Notes: generated from the letters alone by a model not told the origin. A stretch of 64,000 bases of DNA from Candidatus Dormiibacterota bacterium (GCA_963709585.1 CAVPXI010000007.1:64001-128000), one strand, 5' to 3'. Positions 10,164-20,139 are shown, counted from the stretch's first letter. Program-made: numbers and translations.

Positions 10164-11030
10164 CAGCACACGCTCTGACCCGGCAGGTGATCGAGCGCCT
10201 GGAGCAATGTCCGGATCCCAGGCTGCGGGAGCTGGTCGGTGGCGTCATCCGCCATGTCCACGAGTTCGCCGTGGAGCAGGCGCTCACCGAAGCGGAATTG
10301 ATGGCGGGCATTGGTTTTCTCACCGAGGTCGGACAGATGTGCACCGACCGGCGCCAGGAGTTCATCCTGCTCTCGGACACGCTCGGTCTCTCGATGCTTG
10401 TCGACCTGATCAACCACGGGGCCGGGAGCAGCGCCACCGAGTTCGACCGTGCTCGGGCCGTTCTACGTCGAGGGTTCGCCCTGGCGATCGAATGGGGACG
10501 CGATCACCGACGATCTCGGAGCCCAACCGCTGCTGGTCAGCGGCCACGTGCGCGACACGGCCGGCCAGCCGTTGCCGGGTGCCACCGTCGACGTCTGGCA
10601 GAACGCGACCAATCGACTCTACGCGGTGCAGGATGACGGGCAGTCAGCCGAAAACCTTCGAGGTCGGTTTCGCACCGACGGCGACGGCGCGTTCGCCTTC
10701 CGCACCGTCCGACCGGTGGACTACCCGATTCCCGACGACGGCCCGGTCGGCAGGATGCTGCGGGCCACGGGCCGCCATCCGTGGCGCCCGGCGCACATTC
10801 ACCTCATCGTGTCAGCGGACGGGTACATCCCGGTGACCACGCACGTCTTCGACTCCGAGAGCGCGTATCTCGAATCAGACGTGGTGTTCGGCGTCAAGCA
10901 GTCGCTGGTGCGAACGCTCGTCGCCCACGATCCTGCTGTTGAAGCCCCACCTGCCGGCATACAGGGACGCTGGTACACGGTCGACATCGGCGTGGCCCTG
11001 GCGCCCGTCGCGTCATCGTCGCTGGGCTAG
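10160..11030 (+). CDS. Intradiol ring-cleavage dioxygenase (hydroxyquinol/catechol 1,2-dioxygenase family), apparent frameshift near 10442
   Basis: RQEFILLSDTLGLSMLVD, ATE[S]TVLGPFY, VDVWQ, YPIPDDGPVG, GRHPWRPAHIH; ATGA overlap with pobA. Confidence 0.85.
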
Positions 11031-11085
11031 GTGCCTGCAGCCGACCGCAGAGCTGTGCTGCGCGCGGCCCCCGTCGCGCGGTGCT

Positions 11086-12057
11086 TCAGCGCCGATGCCT
11101 CAAACGGCCCACCGCTCGAATGCTCGCCATCGCCTTGCGCTTCGCCTCGATGAGAGCAAGTTCGCGCTCCGAGAGTACGTAGCGGGGAAGCGACGATGCA
11201 GCCGCGGCGACACCGTTGCCGGATGATTTCGACGTCGCCGAGGGAAGTGATGGGATGCTGGCCAGACACCGTGCTCGAATCTCTTCCGGCGTCAGGTCAT
11301 CATCGGCCCGCTCGAGGGTGACAAAGAACTCAAAGTCCCCAGGTTGCGTGGGTCGATAGGCGACGAAGGGAAGCGTGACAAGTCGCATCTGCATGAGCGT
11401 GGCCATCAGCTCAACGAAGGTGGCGTCGGAGAACACCCAGCAATGTGTGTCGAGGTATGCATCAGTCGTCGCGGCTTTGGTGGCGAAGGCGATGGCCGTT
11501 TCGGCGTCCAGCGGCGGGTTGTCGTGACCCGGCAGGCCTGCCCAGATGGCACCCGGATCGACAACCACGAACCGGTAGAAGTGATCGAACGTGGCGCGCA
11601 CAGCCGGGCGGCGGAGGTGCAGCAGATAGGCCTCCACAACCTCCGAGACGTCGCTATCGCGGCGGCGGACATCGAAGGTATATCGGCGATCCGGCATCGC
11701 CAGGCTCAGACGTCCTCCGGGTCGCAGGACGCTTCCGATCTCCTGCAGCCAGCCCACGAGATCCGGCACATGCTCGAGGACGTGCGATGCCACGACGTAA
11801 TCGAACGGCGCCGACGAGCCGACCGCTTCGGCAAGCGTGTTCGCGCCCCAGACGAAGTCGGTCGAGACGATCATCCGCTCATCAACGTTGGGATCAGGGG
11901 TGTATTTGGCAATCAGGTCATCGGTCGCCAGGTGGTCGACGTAGTAGACGTCGCCGAGTTTCCGCGGCACGACCGGTGACGCCAGCGGGCCGATCTCGAG
12001 CCCGCGGCCGTTCGCCACGTCGATGTGCTCTCGCAGTCGATCGAACCGGTCCATCAC
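11086..12057 (-). CDS. Class I SAM-dependent methyltransferase
   Basis: GLEIGP motif I, FDYVVASHVLEHVPD, VLRPGGRL. Confidence 0.8.
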   Translation of the reverse strand: MMDRFDRLREHIDVANGRGLEIGPLASPVVPRKLGDVYYVDHLATDDLIAKYTPDPNVDERMIVSTDFVWGANTLAEAVGSSAPFDYVVASHVLEHVPDLVGWLQEIGSVLRPGGRLSLAMPDRRYTFDVRRRDSDVSEVVEAYLLHLRRPAVRATFDHFYRFVVVDPGAIWAGLPGHDNPPLDAETAIAFATKAATTDAYLDTHCWVFSDATFVELMATLMQMRLVTLPFVAYRPTQPGDFEFFVTLERADDDLTPEEIRARCLASIPSLPSATSKSSGNGVAAAASSLPRYVLSERELALIEAKRKAMASIRAVGRLRHRR

Positions 12058-12839
12058 TGCTGCAGCGTCCCCTGCTCCAACTGCTGCTGCACCCGGCGCA
12101 TCCCCTGCAGCCAGCGTTCCGGGTCATCGGTCTTGCGGTGCATCCAGGTTTCCGCAATCGGATCCGAGACTATCAGGAAGCACTCCTCGCTGATTGCCTC
12201 GACGACCAGCCCGGCCACGTAATCGGCGTCCTTGATCGGACCCGCCACGGCAGCCGCGAACCTGGGATCGGCCCGTTCGAGCATCGGCGTGCTCACGCCC
12301 AGCGGCGCAAGCAGCGACACGCCGATACCGCGATGGTGATACGTGATCGACAGCCACTCGGCGAGCCCGACCACCGCGTGCTTGGTCGTCGCGTATGTGA
12401 CGTTGCCGTGGCTGGTGAGAATGCCCGCCATCGATGCGGTGTGCACGAGATACCCCGTTCCTCGCGCGAGCATTCCCGGGAGCACCGCGCGGACCGCGTA
12501 CACGTGGGCCATCACGTTGACCGCCCACTGGTCGTGCCATACCTCAGGCTCGGTTTCAAGGATGTCGCCGCCGGTGGCGATGCCGGCGTTGCTGAAGCAG
12601 ACGTCGATCGGACCGAGCCGGGCGCTGACCTCGGCGACCATCGCGTTCACCGAGCCTTCGTCGCCGACATCGGTCCTGATCGCAATACCGCCGACCTCGG
12701 TGGCGATGGCCTCGCAACCCTCCCAGTCACGATCGACGACGGCGATGCTCGCGCCTGCGGCGGCGAACGCGCGGCACGCGGCCGCTCCGATCCCACTCGC
12801 TCCACCGGTGACGATCGCCACCTTCCCGATCAGTTCGAT
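12054..12839 (-). CDS. Short-chain dehydrogenase/reductase (start uncertain)
   Basis: VTGGASGIG, SNAGI, TASMAG, YATTK catalytic YxxxK. Confidence 0.88.
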   Translation of the reverse strand: MELIGKVAIVTGGASGIGAAACRAFAAAGASIAVVDRDWEGCEAIATEVGGIAIRTDVGDEGSVNAMVAEVSARLGPIDVCFSNAGIATGGDILETEPEVWHDQWAVNVMAHVYAVRAVLPGMLARGTGYLVHTASMAGILTSHGNVTYATTKHAVVGLAEWLSITYHHRGIGVSLLAPLGVSTPMLERADPRFAAAVAGPIKDADYVAGLVVEAISEECFLIVSDPIAETWMHRKTDDPERWLQGMRRVQQQLEQGTLQQ

Positions 12840-12852
12840 GAGGGCACCCCCA

Positions 12853-13269
12853 TCATTCCAGCTCGTAATCGAGGTGCAGGGTGTGCGAGCCGTCGTCGGC
12901 AATCGTGATCAGCCCCACTCCAGAGATCCCCGTCAGCTCCCCGGTGCCCGAGCGGGGCGAGATGAGATATCGGCTCAACGGCGGCTCGTTCCCGAGAACG
13001 GTCGAGATGTGGAGCAGCGCGAAGCTGCCCTGGCGGCCGTCGACAGTAGCGGAGATGCGCTCCAGGGCCACGTACCCCGCGCCGGCAAACGCCCCGTCGG
13101 CACCAGGCGTCCGCGTGTACAGCATCTCCACCGTGCTGGTGCCGTCGATCGCACCCGTGAACGTCTTCGCGAGCTCGAGACCGCCGTAGTCGACGCCCAT
13201 CTCCGTCGCGAACTCGAACGCACGCGGTTTCTGCGAGTTGATGACAAAGGCCGAGCTGGTGTGGGGCAC
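12853..13269 (-). CDS. DUF3224-family protein
   Basis: KTFTGAIDGTS, YVALERISATVDGRQGSF, SGTGELTGISG, HTLHLDY resemble DUF3224. Confidence 0.75.
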   Translation of the reverse strand: MPHTSSAFVINSQKPRAFEFATEMGVDYGGLELAKTFTGAIDGTSTVEMLYTRTPGADGAFAGAGYVALERISATVDGRQGSFALLHISTVLGNEPPLSRYLISPRSGTGELTGISGVGLITIADDGSHTLHLDYELE

Positions 13270-13298
13270 GAGGCAAGTCTAGTGCCGCGTCACGGCTG

Positions 13299-14072
13299 TC
13301 AGTGCTTGACCTCCTCGGGGGTCTCATACCATCGGACGCGTTCACCGACTCGGCTGCGCAGCCGCCACGCCCGGGACTTCGGTGCATCTTCGATCGCCTG
13401 CCGCAGCGTCGCGACCTGGGCCGCGACATCGTGCGTCGCCGCGGGCAGTGGCTCCAGTGACCACAGCTCGGCGACCTTGAGCGCGTTTCGCAGGACGGTG
13501 TGGCAGAAGCCCCAATCCTTGCCGAGCACCGAGCGTACCCGAGGGAGGCTGACTCCCTCGACATCACCGTCGTCCTCGGCGAGCGCGTGATCGGCGAGCA
13601 GACAGAGGGTGTCGCCGAGATCCTTCCGGTTGATCTCCCACACCTGGAGTTTCGTGAGCAGGAGGTCGGCGAGGGTGATCGTGGGTGCGGGCCCGTCGAG
13701 CCTGGCCGCGCAGGTCGAGCTTGTGCGACATCGCCAGCTCGTCGATGACCACGTCGATTGACCATCGACCGGCCGGCTTCCCCGTAATACAGTCGCGTGG
13801 CGCCATGTAGACCGTTGAAGAACTGGTCCGGAAGATAACCCTGGCTGATGAGCAGGGCCTTGAACTTGGTGGCGGCCGCGGCACCGATCGCGAAGTCCAT
13901 GTCGTCGTACGTCCGGGCGAACGGTCCGTCGTGCACGCTCGGACATCGCAGCCAGATCGCCACCCCACCGATCAGTCGCGCCGACATTCCCAGGCTCACG
14001 GTGGCTTCCGCGAGTTCTCCTGGCCTCCTCGCGGATATCGGAGAGGATCGGCGACTTGGGGTCCGCCATCAC
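13299..14072 (-). CDS. Uncharacterised nucleotidyltransferase-fold protein; three apparent frameshifts (near 14015, 13780 and 13705)
   Basis: Joined frames give RLIGGVAI..YDDMDFA (GG..DxD), FNGLHGATRLYY, IDVVIDEL.MSH, TITLADLLLTKLQVWEINRKD, DWGF, KSRAWRLRSRVGERVRWYE. Confidence 0.7.
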   Translation of the reverse strand: MMADPKSPILSDIREEARRTRGSHREPGNVGATDRWGGDLAAMSERARRTVRPDVRRHGLRDRCRGRHQVQGPAHQPGLSSGPVLQRSTWRHATVLRGSRPVDGQSTWSSTSWRCRTSSTCAARLDGPAPTITLADLLLTKLQVWEINRKDLGDTLCLLADHALAEDDGDVEGVSLPRVRSVLGKDWGFCHTVLRNALKVAELWSLEPLPAATHDVAAQVATLRQAIEDAPKSRAWRLRSRVGERVRWYETPEEVKH

Positions 14073-14100
14073 CAGGATCCGATCAGCATCAGGACATAGT

Positions 14101-14132
14101 AAGGGCGGCCGGTGCGATCACCGACCGCCCTT
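14101..14132 (-). terminator. Strong stem-loop downstream of the APC permease
   Basis: Minus strand AAGGGCGGTCGGTG-ATCG-CACCGGCCGCCCTT, a 14-bp stem with one G-U pair and only a weak U-tract; terminator or mRNA-stabilising hairpin. Confidence 0.6.
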
Positions 14133-14155
14133 CCAAGAAGGGGGCAAAAGGTCGC

Positions 14156-15793
14156 TCACTCCGGCGGGAGTTCCTTATAGACGAACCCGATGTTGACGCC
14201 CTGCTGGGCGCGGATGAAACGCGGCACGTAGTAGAGGAGCCCTCCGCCGACGATGAGGCCGCCCAGCCACGCCCATATCCACCATGCATCGGCCGGGTTG
14301 CCGGTCATCACCAGCGCAGGGTATTGAAATGAGATCCAGATGATGTAGATGAACTCGGCGATCGAAAGCGGTCCCACGATCCACAGCACGGGGATCCCGA
14401 GAAACTTGACGTTGGCCGGCGACGCCTGATACAGGTCTGGCCGTCGTATCGGCAGGGCGATAGCGGCAAGCCCGACGATTATCACCGCGAGAGCACCGGC
14501 GAGCACGATCAACCCGAGGACAAGCTGGAACTGGTTCCCGTACACGCTCCAGATCACCAGGGCCGCGATGATCACATTGGTGACGATGATCGCGTTGACC
14601 GGGGAATGAGTGCGCTCGTTGATGTTCGCAAGGCTCTCCGGCATGAGCCGGTCGAACGACCAGGCAAAGAAAGACCTGATCGGCATGAAGGTGTTCGCGA
14701 TCATGGATGGCAGTGACCAGAACAGGAACGACCCCATGATCAGGACGGTGAGGATCGGCGTGTTGAAAACGAGCGATGCCAGGAAGGGGTAGAAGGGTCC
14801 CGACGGAATCGCATAGATCGGATGTGCCCCGGCTCCCACCAGCGCACTGTTGTTCAGAGCGTAGACAAAGTTGTAGCCCGCGACGCGGAACAAGAGGAGG
14901 ACGCCAATGACGAGCAGAATGGTGTCCCAACCCAGGGCACCGAACATCACGGAGAGTTGCCGGCGACGGTTGGACGCGCTCTTCAGCTCACCCGACATGT
15001 ACACCGACCAGAAGTTCCACATCATGAAACCCTGGATCGAGAAGAGCGTGGGCAGAGTTGCGTTGCCGTTGAAGAAGTTCGGTGCTGCGCCCGCGCCGCC
15101 GCCCTTGGCGATGACCTGGGCAACAGTGCCGCCTCCGAAGCTCTTGTTGAGAACGTTGAAGTGCGAGAAGAAATCCGTCTGGCTGCCGAAGAGCAGCACC
15201 AAGAACGCGATCAGCGTCCCCGCCATCGCGATGATGAACGCACCGTTCTGCCAGCGGAAGGTCGCCTTGGTGCCTCGGATGAGGATCAGCGTCTGGAGCG
15301 CGACCATGAAGAGCGATGCGCCGAGGATCCAGCTGTTGTTGTTCCCGAAGGAGGTCCCCCAGCTGATGAGCGTGGTGTTATTGGCGAACGACCCCAATGC
15401 AACCAGCACCGGCCCGAGCGCGAGCACTGAGAAGAACTTTGCGAAGAACGCGGCTCCGAGGAGCCCGCCCATGATCATGCAGAGGTTGGATATCAGCGCC
15501 AGGGGCGGCGACAGCACGCGGCTGACCCAGACGTAATCACCGCCCACTCTCGGCATGCTCGCTCCGAGCAGCGCGAACATGATGAGCACCGGAATGTTGA
15601 TGGCCGCGACGAGCAGGATCACGGTGGCGACGTCGGCACCGGGGAACGCGACCAGCGCGAAGAAGATGGAGTACGCGATCGTCGATCCGACCGGTGCCGA
15701 GATGACCGCGTTGAAGATCGTCGCATCGATAGCCGACGCAGAGCGCACCAGCCCAGTGCTGTTGCGGACGAACAGCCTGCTCGCGGTTGCCAT
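14156..15793 (-). CDS. APC-family (amino acid/polyamine) permease
   Basis: LFVRNSTGLVR, MPRVGGDYVWVSR, SGELK, RSFFAWSFDRLMP, YKELPPE; many hydrophobic segments. Confidence 0.88.
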   Translation of the reverse strand: MATASRLFVRNSTGLVRSASAIDATIFNAVISAPVGSTIAYSIFFALVAFPGADVATVILLVAAINIPVLIMFALLGASMPRVGGDYVWVSRVLSPPLALISNLCMIMGGLLGAAFFAKFFSVLALGPVLVALGSFANNTTLISWGTSFGNNNSWILGASLFMVALQTLILIRGTKATFRWQNGAFIIAMAGTLIAFLVLLFGSQTDFFSHFNVLNKSFGGGTVAQVIAKGGGAGAAPNFFNGNATLPTLFSIQGFMMWNFWSVYMSGELKSASNRRRQLSVMFGALGWDTILLVIGVLLLFRVAGYNFVYALNNSALVGAGAHPIYAIPSGPFYPFLASLVFNTPILTVLIMGSFLFWSLPSMIANTFMPIRSFFAWSFDRLMPESLANINERTHSPVNAIIVTNVIIAALVIWSVYGNQFQLVLGLIVLAGALAVIIVGLAAIALPIRRPDLYQASPANVKFLGIPVLWIVGPLSIAEFIYIIWISFQYPALVMTGNPADAWWIWAWLGGLIVGGGLLYYVPRFIRAQQGVNIGFVYKELPPE

Positions 15794-15824
15794 GGCGATC
15801 CTCCGGCGGCCCGACCGCCTCGAA

Positions 15825-15882
15825 CTTGACACACGCGTCGAAAACCTGCAGAGTTTGAACACAATCGAACACCAGTGTCAAG
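15825..15882. promoter_or_regulatory. Overlapping divergent sigma70-type promoters with a probable DeoR operator
   Basis: TTGACA on the plus strand (15826-15831) and on the minus strand (15876-15881) form the inverted repeat CTTGACAC/GTGTCAAG; -10-like CAGAGT and CAAACT; GAACAC direct repeats at 15857 and 15867, 10 bp apart. Confidence 0.6.
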
Positions 15883-15975
15883 AGGCTCATGGACACGGAG
15901 GGACAACTTCCGGTCAAGACCCGACAAACCTAGCTGAGTAATCCGGGCGAGTAGTTCAAGGAGGAGTCGCGCAAG

Positions 15976-16806
15976 GTGTTAGCTGTCGAGCGGCGTTTGA
16001 AGGTGTTGGAACGGGTCGCGGAAGACCAGGCGATCGAGGTCAGCACCCTCGCGCGCGACTTCCAGGTTTCGGAGATGACGATCCGCCGGGACCTCCGCCG
16101 TCTGGAACGCGACGGTTTCGTGCGGCGCACCTATGGAGGCGCCACCACCCACCTGGTGCGGACGTTCGAGGTCGGCGCCAATGCGCGCACCCTGCACCAC
16201 GCCAGGGAGAAGCGCATCATCGCCAAGCGCGCGGCTGAGTTGACCGTGGGGGTGCGCGCCATGTTCCTCGGCATCGGCACGACCGTCGAGCATTTCGCGC
16301 GACTCCTGCCGGCGCGCGAGGACCTCATGGTGGTCACGCCGTCGCTCGCAGTGGCGAGCCTGCTCGGCACCCGCAACGTCCGCGTGATCATCGCGGGCGG
16401 CCTGGTTCGCCAGGACGAGCTGACGTGCATCGGTGCCTCGGCGGTCGAGGCCGTGCGCCGCTACAACACCGACACCGCGGTGATCGGCGCCGCGGGACTC
16501 TCCGCCCGCCGCGGGATCACCGAGCTCGACGATCGCGACGCGGACGTGATCCGCGGCGGCCTCGAGCGGACCGAGCGGATCATCGTGATCGCCGACGGCT
16601 CGAAGTTCGGCGCTGTCGCGATGAGCACGGTGGCGTCGATCGAGCAGATCTCCACCATCGTGACCGACGGCAGCGCCGATCCCGAGGAGATACTGCGCAT
16701 CGAGCAGGCGGGCATCGAGGTGGTGGTCGCCGGGCTCGAGACATCACTGCTCCGCCCGATGGAGAACGGCCGGACACGCCTCACCGACGTCAGGAGGCCG
16801 GCGTGA
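15976..16806 (+). CDS. DeoR/GlpR-family transcriptional regulator
   Basis: VSEMTIRRDLRRLE, RRTYGGA, GIGTT, ADGSKFG. Confidence 0.93.
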   Translation: MLAVERRLKVLERVAEDQAIEVSTLARDFQVSEMTIRRDLRRLERDGFVRRTYGGATTHLVRTFEVGANARTLHHAREKRIIAKRAAELTVGVRAMFLGIGTTVEHFARLLPAREDLMVVTPSLAVASLLGTRNVRVIIAGGLVRQDELTCIGASAVEAVRRYNTDTAVIGAAGLSARRGITELDDRDADVIRGGLERTERIIVIADGSKFGAVAMSTVASIEQISTIVTDGSADPEEILRIEQAGIEVVVAGLETSLLRPMENGRTRLTDVRRPA

Positions 16807-17618
16807 CTCTTCTGCGCCGCTTGTTCGGCGTGGACAAACCGGTGATTGCGATGCTCCACCTCCCGGCGATGCCCGGCCGCCCCCGGCACGACCGATCGGC
16901 TGGGATGCGATACCTCGTCGACACCGTCGAGCGCGATCTCGAATCGCTTCAGGCTGCCGGCGTCGACGCGTTTCTCTTCTGCAACGAGGCGGACCTGCCG
17001 TATCAGATGCGCGTTGGCCCCGAGGTTGCAGCGGCGATGGCGGCGGTGATCGGCCAGGTTCGTGACCTGATCACACGACCCTTCGGCATCGACCTCGTCT
17101 GGGACCCGGTGTCGAGCCTCGCGGTGGCGCGCGCGACCGGCGCGTCCTTTGTCCGCGAAGTGTTCACCGGTGTCTTCGAGAGCGACCTCGGCCTCATGCA
17201 GCCGGACTTCGGAGCGATCGCCGCGTACCGCGAGCAGATCGGCGCCGAGTCCGTGGCCATGTTCGCCAACATCACGCCGGAATTCGCGAGCAGCCTCGGG
17301 AATCGCTCGATCGCGATGCGAGCGAGAAGTGCTGCGTATCTCGGCGTCGACGCGATCCTCATCAGCGGTCAGATCACCGGGACCGACACGCACATCTCGG
17401 AGCTGCACGAGGCCAAGGAAGCGGTGCCGGAGATGCCCGTCCTCGCCAACACCGGCGTGCGTGAGGAAACCGTCGATGCGATTCTCGCGATCGCAGACGG
17501 GCTCCTTGTCGGCACCAGCCTGAAACGTGACGGCGTCACCTGGAACCCCGTCGACCCCGATCGAGCCGGACGCTTCATGACCGCGGTACACCGCGCACGC
17601 GAGGCGGTTCCCGCCTGA
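16803..17618 (+). CDS. BtpA/SgcQ-family TIM-barrel protein (copy 1)
   Basis: KPVIAMLHLPAMPGRP, FCNEADLPY, FVREVFTG, ANTGV, VGTSLK; GTGA overlap with DeoR. Confidence 0.88.
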   Translation: MTLLRRLFGVDKPVIAMLHLPAMPGRPRHDRSAGMRYLVDTVERDLESLQAAGVDAFLFCNEADLPYQMRVGPEVAAAMAAVIGQVRDLITRPFGIDLVWDPVSSLAVARATGASFVREVFTGVFESDLGLMQPDFGAIAAYREQIGAESVAMFANITPEFASSLGNRSIAMRARSAAYLGVDAILISGQITGTDTHISELHEAKEAVPEMPVLANTGVREETVDAILAIADGLLVGTSLKRDGVTWNPVDPDRAGRFMTAVHRAREAVPA

Positions 17619-17619
17619 C

Positions 17620-18570
17620 ATGTCGAAGACGAGGATCTACTTCGTCAGCGACCTGCACGGATCGAGCGTGTGCTTTCGAAAGTTCGTCAACGCAGCAAAG
17701 ATCTACCAGGCCGACATCCTGATTCTCGGTGGCGACGTTGCCGGCAAGGCGATCCAGTCGATCGTCCGCGCCCCGGGCGGGCACTGGCAATGCCGGTTCG
17801 TCGGCACCGACTACGACGTCGTCGAAGGAGCCGAGCTGAACGCGCTCGAGAAGCTGATCGCCGATCATGGCTATTACCCGTACCGCGCCGACCCCGGCGA
17901 GCTCGAGGCCAAGGAGGCGAACGGCGGTCTCGACGACCTCTTCCTGCGCCTCATGCGCGAGCGGCTGACCGAATGGCTCGAGCTTGCCGACGCCCGCCTC
18001 CGGCCCCTGAACATTCCGCTGTACTTCATGCTGGGCAATGACGACCCTGAGGAGCTTGGAGCGTTGCTGGACAGCGCTCCATGGGGCACGCACGACGAGG
18101 GCAAGGTCGTCTGGCTCGACGACGAGCACGAGATGATCAGCTGGGGGTTCTCGAACGTGACGCCCTGGCACACGTATCGCGAGCAGGATGAGGGCCATCT
18201 GCGGGCGACGATCGACGCGATGGTGCGCGAGCTTCAGCACCCGGAGCGGGCCGTTTTCAACCTGCACGCGCCGCCGTTCGGAACCCAGCTCGACGAGGCG
18301 CCGCTCCTGGACGCGAATCTGCAGGTGCAGGCGACCCTCGGTCAGGTGCGGATGGTGGCGGTGGGGAGCACAGCGGTCCGTGACGCCGAGCAGGCCTATC
18401 AGCCGCTGCTCGGGCTCCACGGACACATTCACGAGTCCGCGGGCATCCGGCGGATCGGCCGTACGGTGGTCATCAACCCGGGCAGTGACTACTCGACGGG
18501 AGCGCTGAACGGCGCGTTGATGACGCTCGACGGCGGCAACGTCAAGGCGCAGCAGCTGGTTCGCGGGTAG
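17620..18570 (+). CDS. Icc-related calcineurin-like metallophosphoesterase
   Basis: SDLHGS, GGDVAGK, GNDD, HAPP, GLHGHIHE, INPGS. Confidence 0.85.
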   Translation: MSKTRIYFVSDLHGSSVCFRKFVNAAKIYQADILILGGDVAGKAIQSIVRAPGGHWQCRFVGTDYDVVEGAELNALEKLIADHGYYPYRADPGELEAKEANGGLDDLFLRLMRERLTEWLELADARLRPLNIPLYFMLGNDDPEELGALLDSAPWGTHDEGKVVWLDDEHEMISWGFSNVTPWHTYREQDEGHLRATIDAMVRELQHPERAVFNLHAPPFGTQLDEAPLLDANLQVQATLGQVRMVAVGSTAVRDAEQAYQPLLGLHGHIHESAGIRRIGRTVVINPGSDYSTGALNGALMTLDGGNVKAQQLVRG

Positions 18571-18576
18571 CCCGCG

Positions 18577-20139
18577 GTGGCCACGACCGCGAATCCGACC
18601 GACGCCCTCCTGTCCGTCGACGTGGGCACGTCAGGTGCTCGCGCGACCGCGTACGACACCGCGGGGGCGATGCTCCTCGAGGTCCGCCGCAGCTACCCGA
18701 CGCGCACACCGCGCGAAGGATGGGCGGAGCAGGATGCGAACAGCTGGCGTTCGTCATCGCTCTCCGCCCTGGGCGCGCTCATCAAACAACTGGGGAGCGG
18801 GCACACGATCCACGCGATCGGGTTGACCGGGCAGTGCCCGTCTGTGGTTCCCATCGATGGCCACGGGGAACCGCTCCGGCCGGGTCTCATCTACCGGGAC
18901 AACCGCGCCGTCGCGGAAGCGGCGTGGCTGCGAGAAACATTCGGCGCCGAAGCGCTGCACACGTTGACCGGACACGTACCGGCCGCGTTTCACGTCGCAG
19001 CCAAGATCCTCTGGATCCGCGCCGAGGAGCCGGACGTCTTCAAGTCGGCGCGCCTCTTTCTGCAGCCGACGGAGCTTCTCGCGTTGACCCTCACCGGCGA
19101 GGCGGTAACCGACTGGACCATGGCGGCGTCGAGCGCGCTGCTGAACCTCCGAGAGCGCCGATGGGCACCCGCCCTCGTGGCCGCGGTGGGTCTCGACCCG
19201 GCGCAACTGCCGGTCCCCCAGCCGTCCTGGAGCATCGTCGGCGAGTTGCGCCCGTCGCTGGTCCGGCGCTTCGGGCTGGGCGCGACGATTCCGATCGTCG
19301 CCGGCGGCGGTGACAGCATCGCCTGCGCCTTCGGGGCCGGCGTAACCACGCCCGGACCGGTGAGCGAGATGGCCGGCAGCTCGACCTGCCTCAACACGGT
19401 CGTGAGCGAGCCGACCCGTGACCTGGCGGTGACTCACTACCCGAGCGCCGTCGGCCCCGATGGCTACGTCACCGAGGTGGGGATCAACACCGCGGGCGAA
19501 GCGGTGGATTGGCTCGCCTCGCTGACCTACGGCGGCCGATCCGGCCGGCTGCGAGCCGCCGACTTCGACCGGCTCGACCGCGAGGCAGCCGAGGTCGCCC
19601 CCGGGTCGGACGGTCTGCTCTTCGTGGCGGTCCTCGGGGACGGCGAGCGTGACGATCCGGAACTCCGCGGCGGCGCGATCGGCCTGTCGGTCCGGCACGA
19701 CCGTCGATCACTGGCACGAGCTGCGCTGGAGGGCGTCGCCTTCGCGATTCGAGCGCACGTGGAGCGCCTCGGAAACGCGAGCACGCCCGCAACCGAGATG
19801 CGCGTCTCCGGGCGCGCAGCCTCCCTGCGGACGTGGAATCACATCAAGGCCGACGTGCTCGGCATCCCGGTGCTGCGCATCCCCGGCGACGCGACCACCG
19901 CCGGCGTCGCGATGCTCGCCGGGCTCGGAATCGGCGTCTATCCGAACGCGGAGTCGGCGATCGCGACCGCCTGCCGCCCCGATGCGCCCATCGAGCCAGA
20001 TCTTGCCAATCACGACAGATACGCGGCTGTCTACGAACGCTACCGAGCAGTGGTCGCATCCACCGCGCTTCACCCCGGCGCCGCGGCGGTGGGCGCCGAC
20101 GACAGGCCGTCGCGGCCGTATCCGGAAGAGCGCGCATGA
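18577..20139 (+). CDS. FGGY-family carbohydrate kinase (xylulokinase-like)
   Basis: DVGTSG, GWAEQD, GLTGQ, YRDNRA, GGGDS, GER, RAALEGVAF. Confidence 0.9.
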   Translation: MATTANPTDALLSVDVGTSGARATAYDTAGAMLLEVRRSYPTRTPREGWAEQDANSWRSSSLSALGALIKQLGSGHTIHAIGLTGQCPSVVPIDGHGEPLRPGLIYRDNRAVAEAAWLRETFGAEALHTLTGHVPAAFHVAAKILWIRAEEPDVFKSARLFLQPTELLALTLTGEAVTDWTMAASSALLNLRERRWAPALVAAVGLDPAQLPVPQPSWSIVGELRPSLVRRFGLGATIPIVAGGGDSIACAFGAGVTTPGPVSEMAGSSTCLNTVVSEPTRDLAVTHYPSAVGPDGYVTEVGINTAGEAVDWLASLTYGGRSGRLRAADFDRLDREAAEVAPGSDGLLFVAVLGDGERDDPELRGGAIGLSVRHDRRSLARAALEGVAFAIRAHVERLGNASTPATEMRVSGRAASLRTWNHIKADVLGIPVLRIPGDATTAGVAMLAGLGIGVYPNAESAIATACRPDAPIEPDLANHDRYAAVYERYRAVVASTALHPGAAAVGADDRPSRPYPEERA

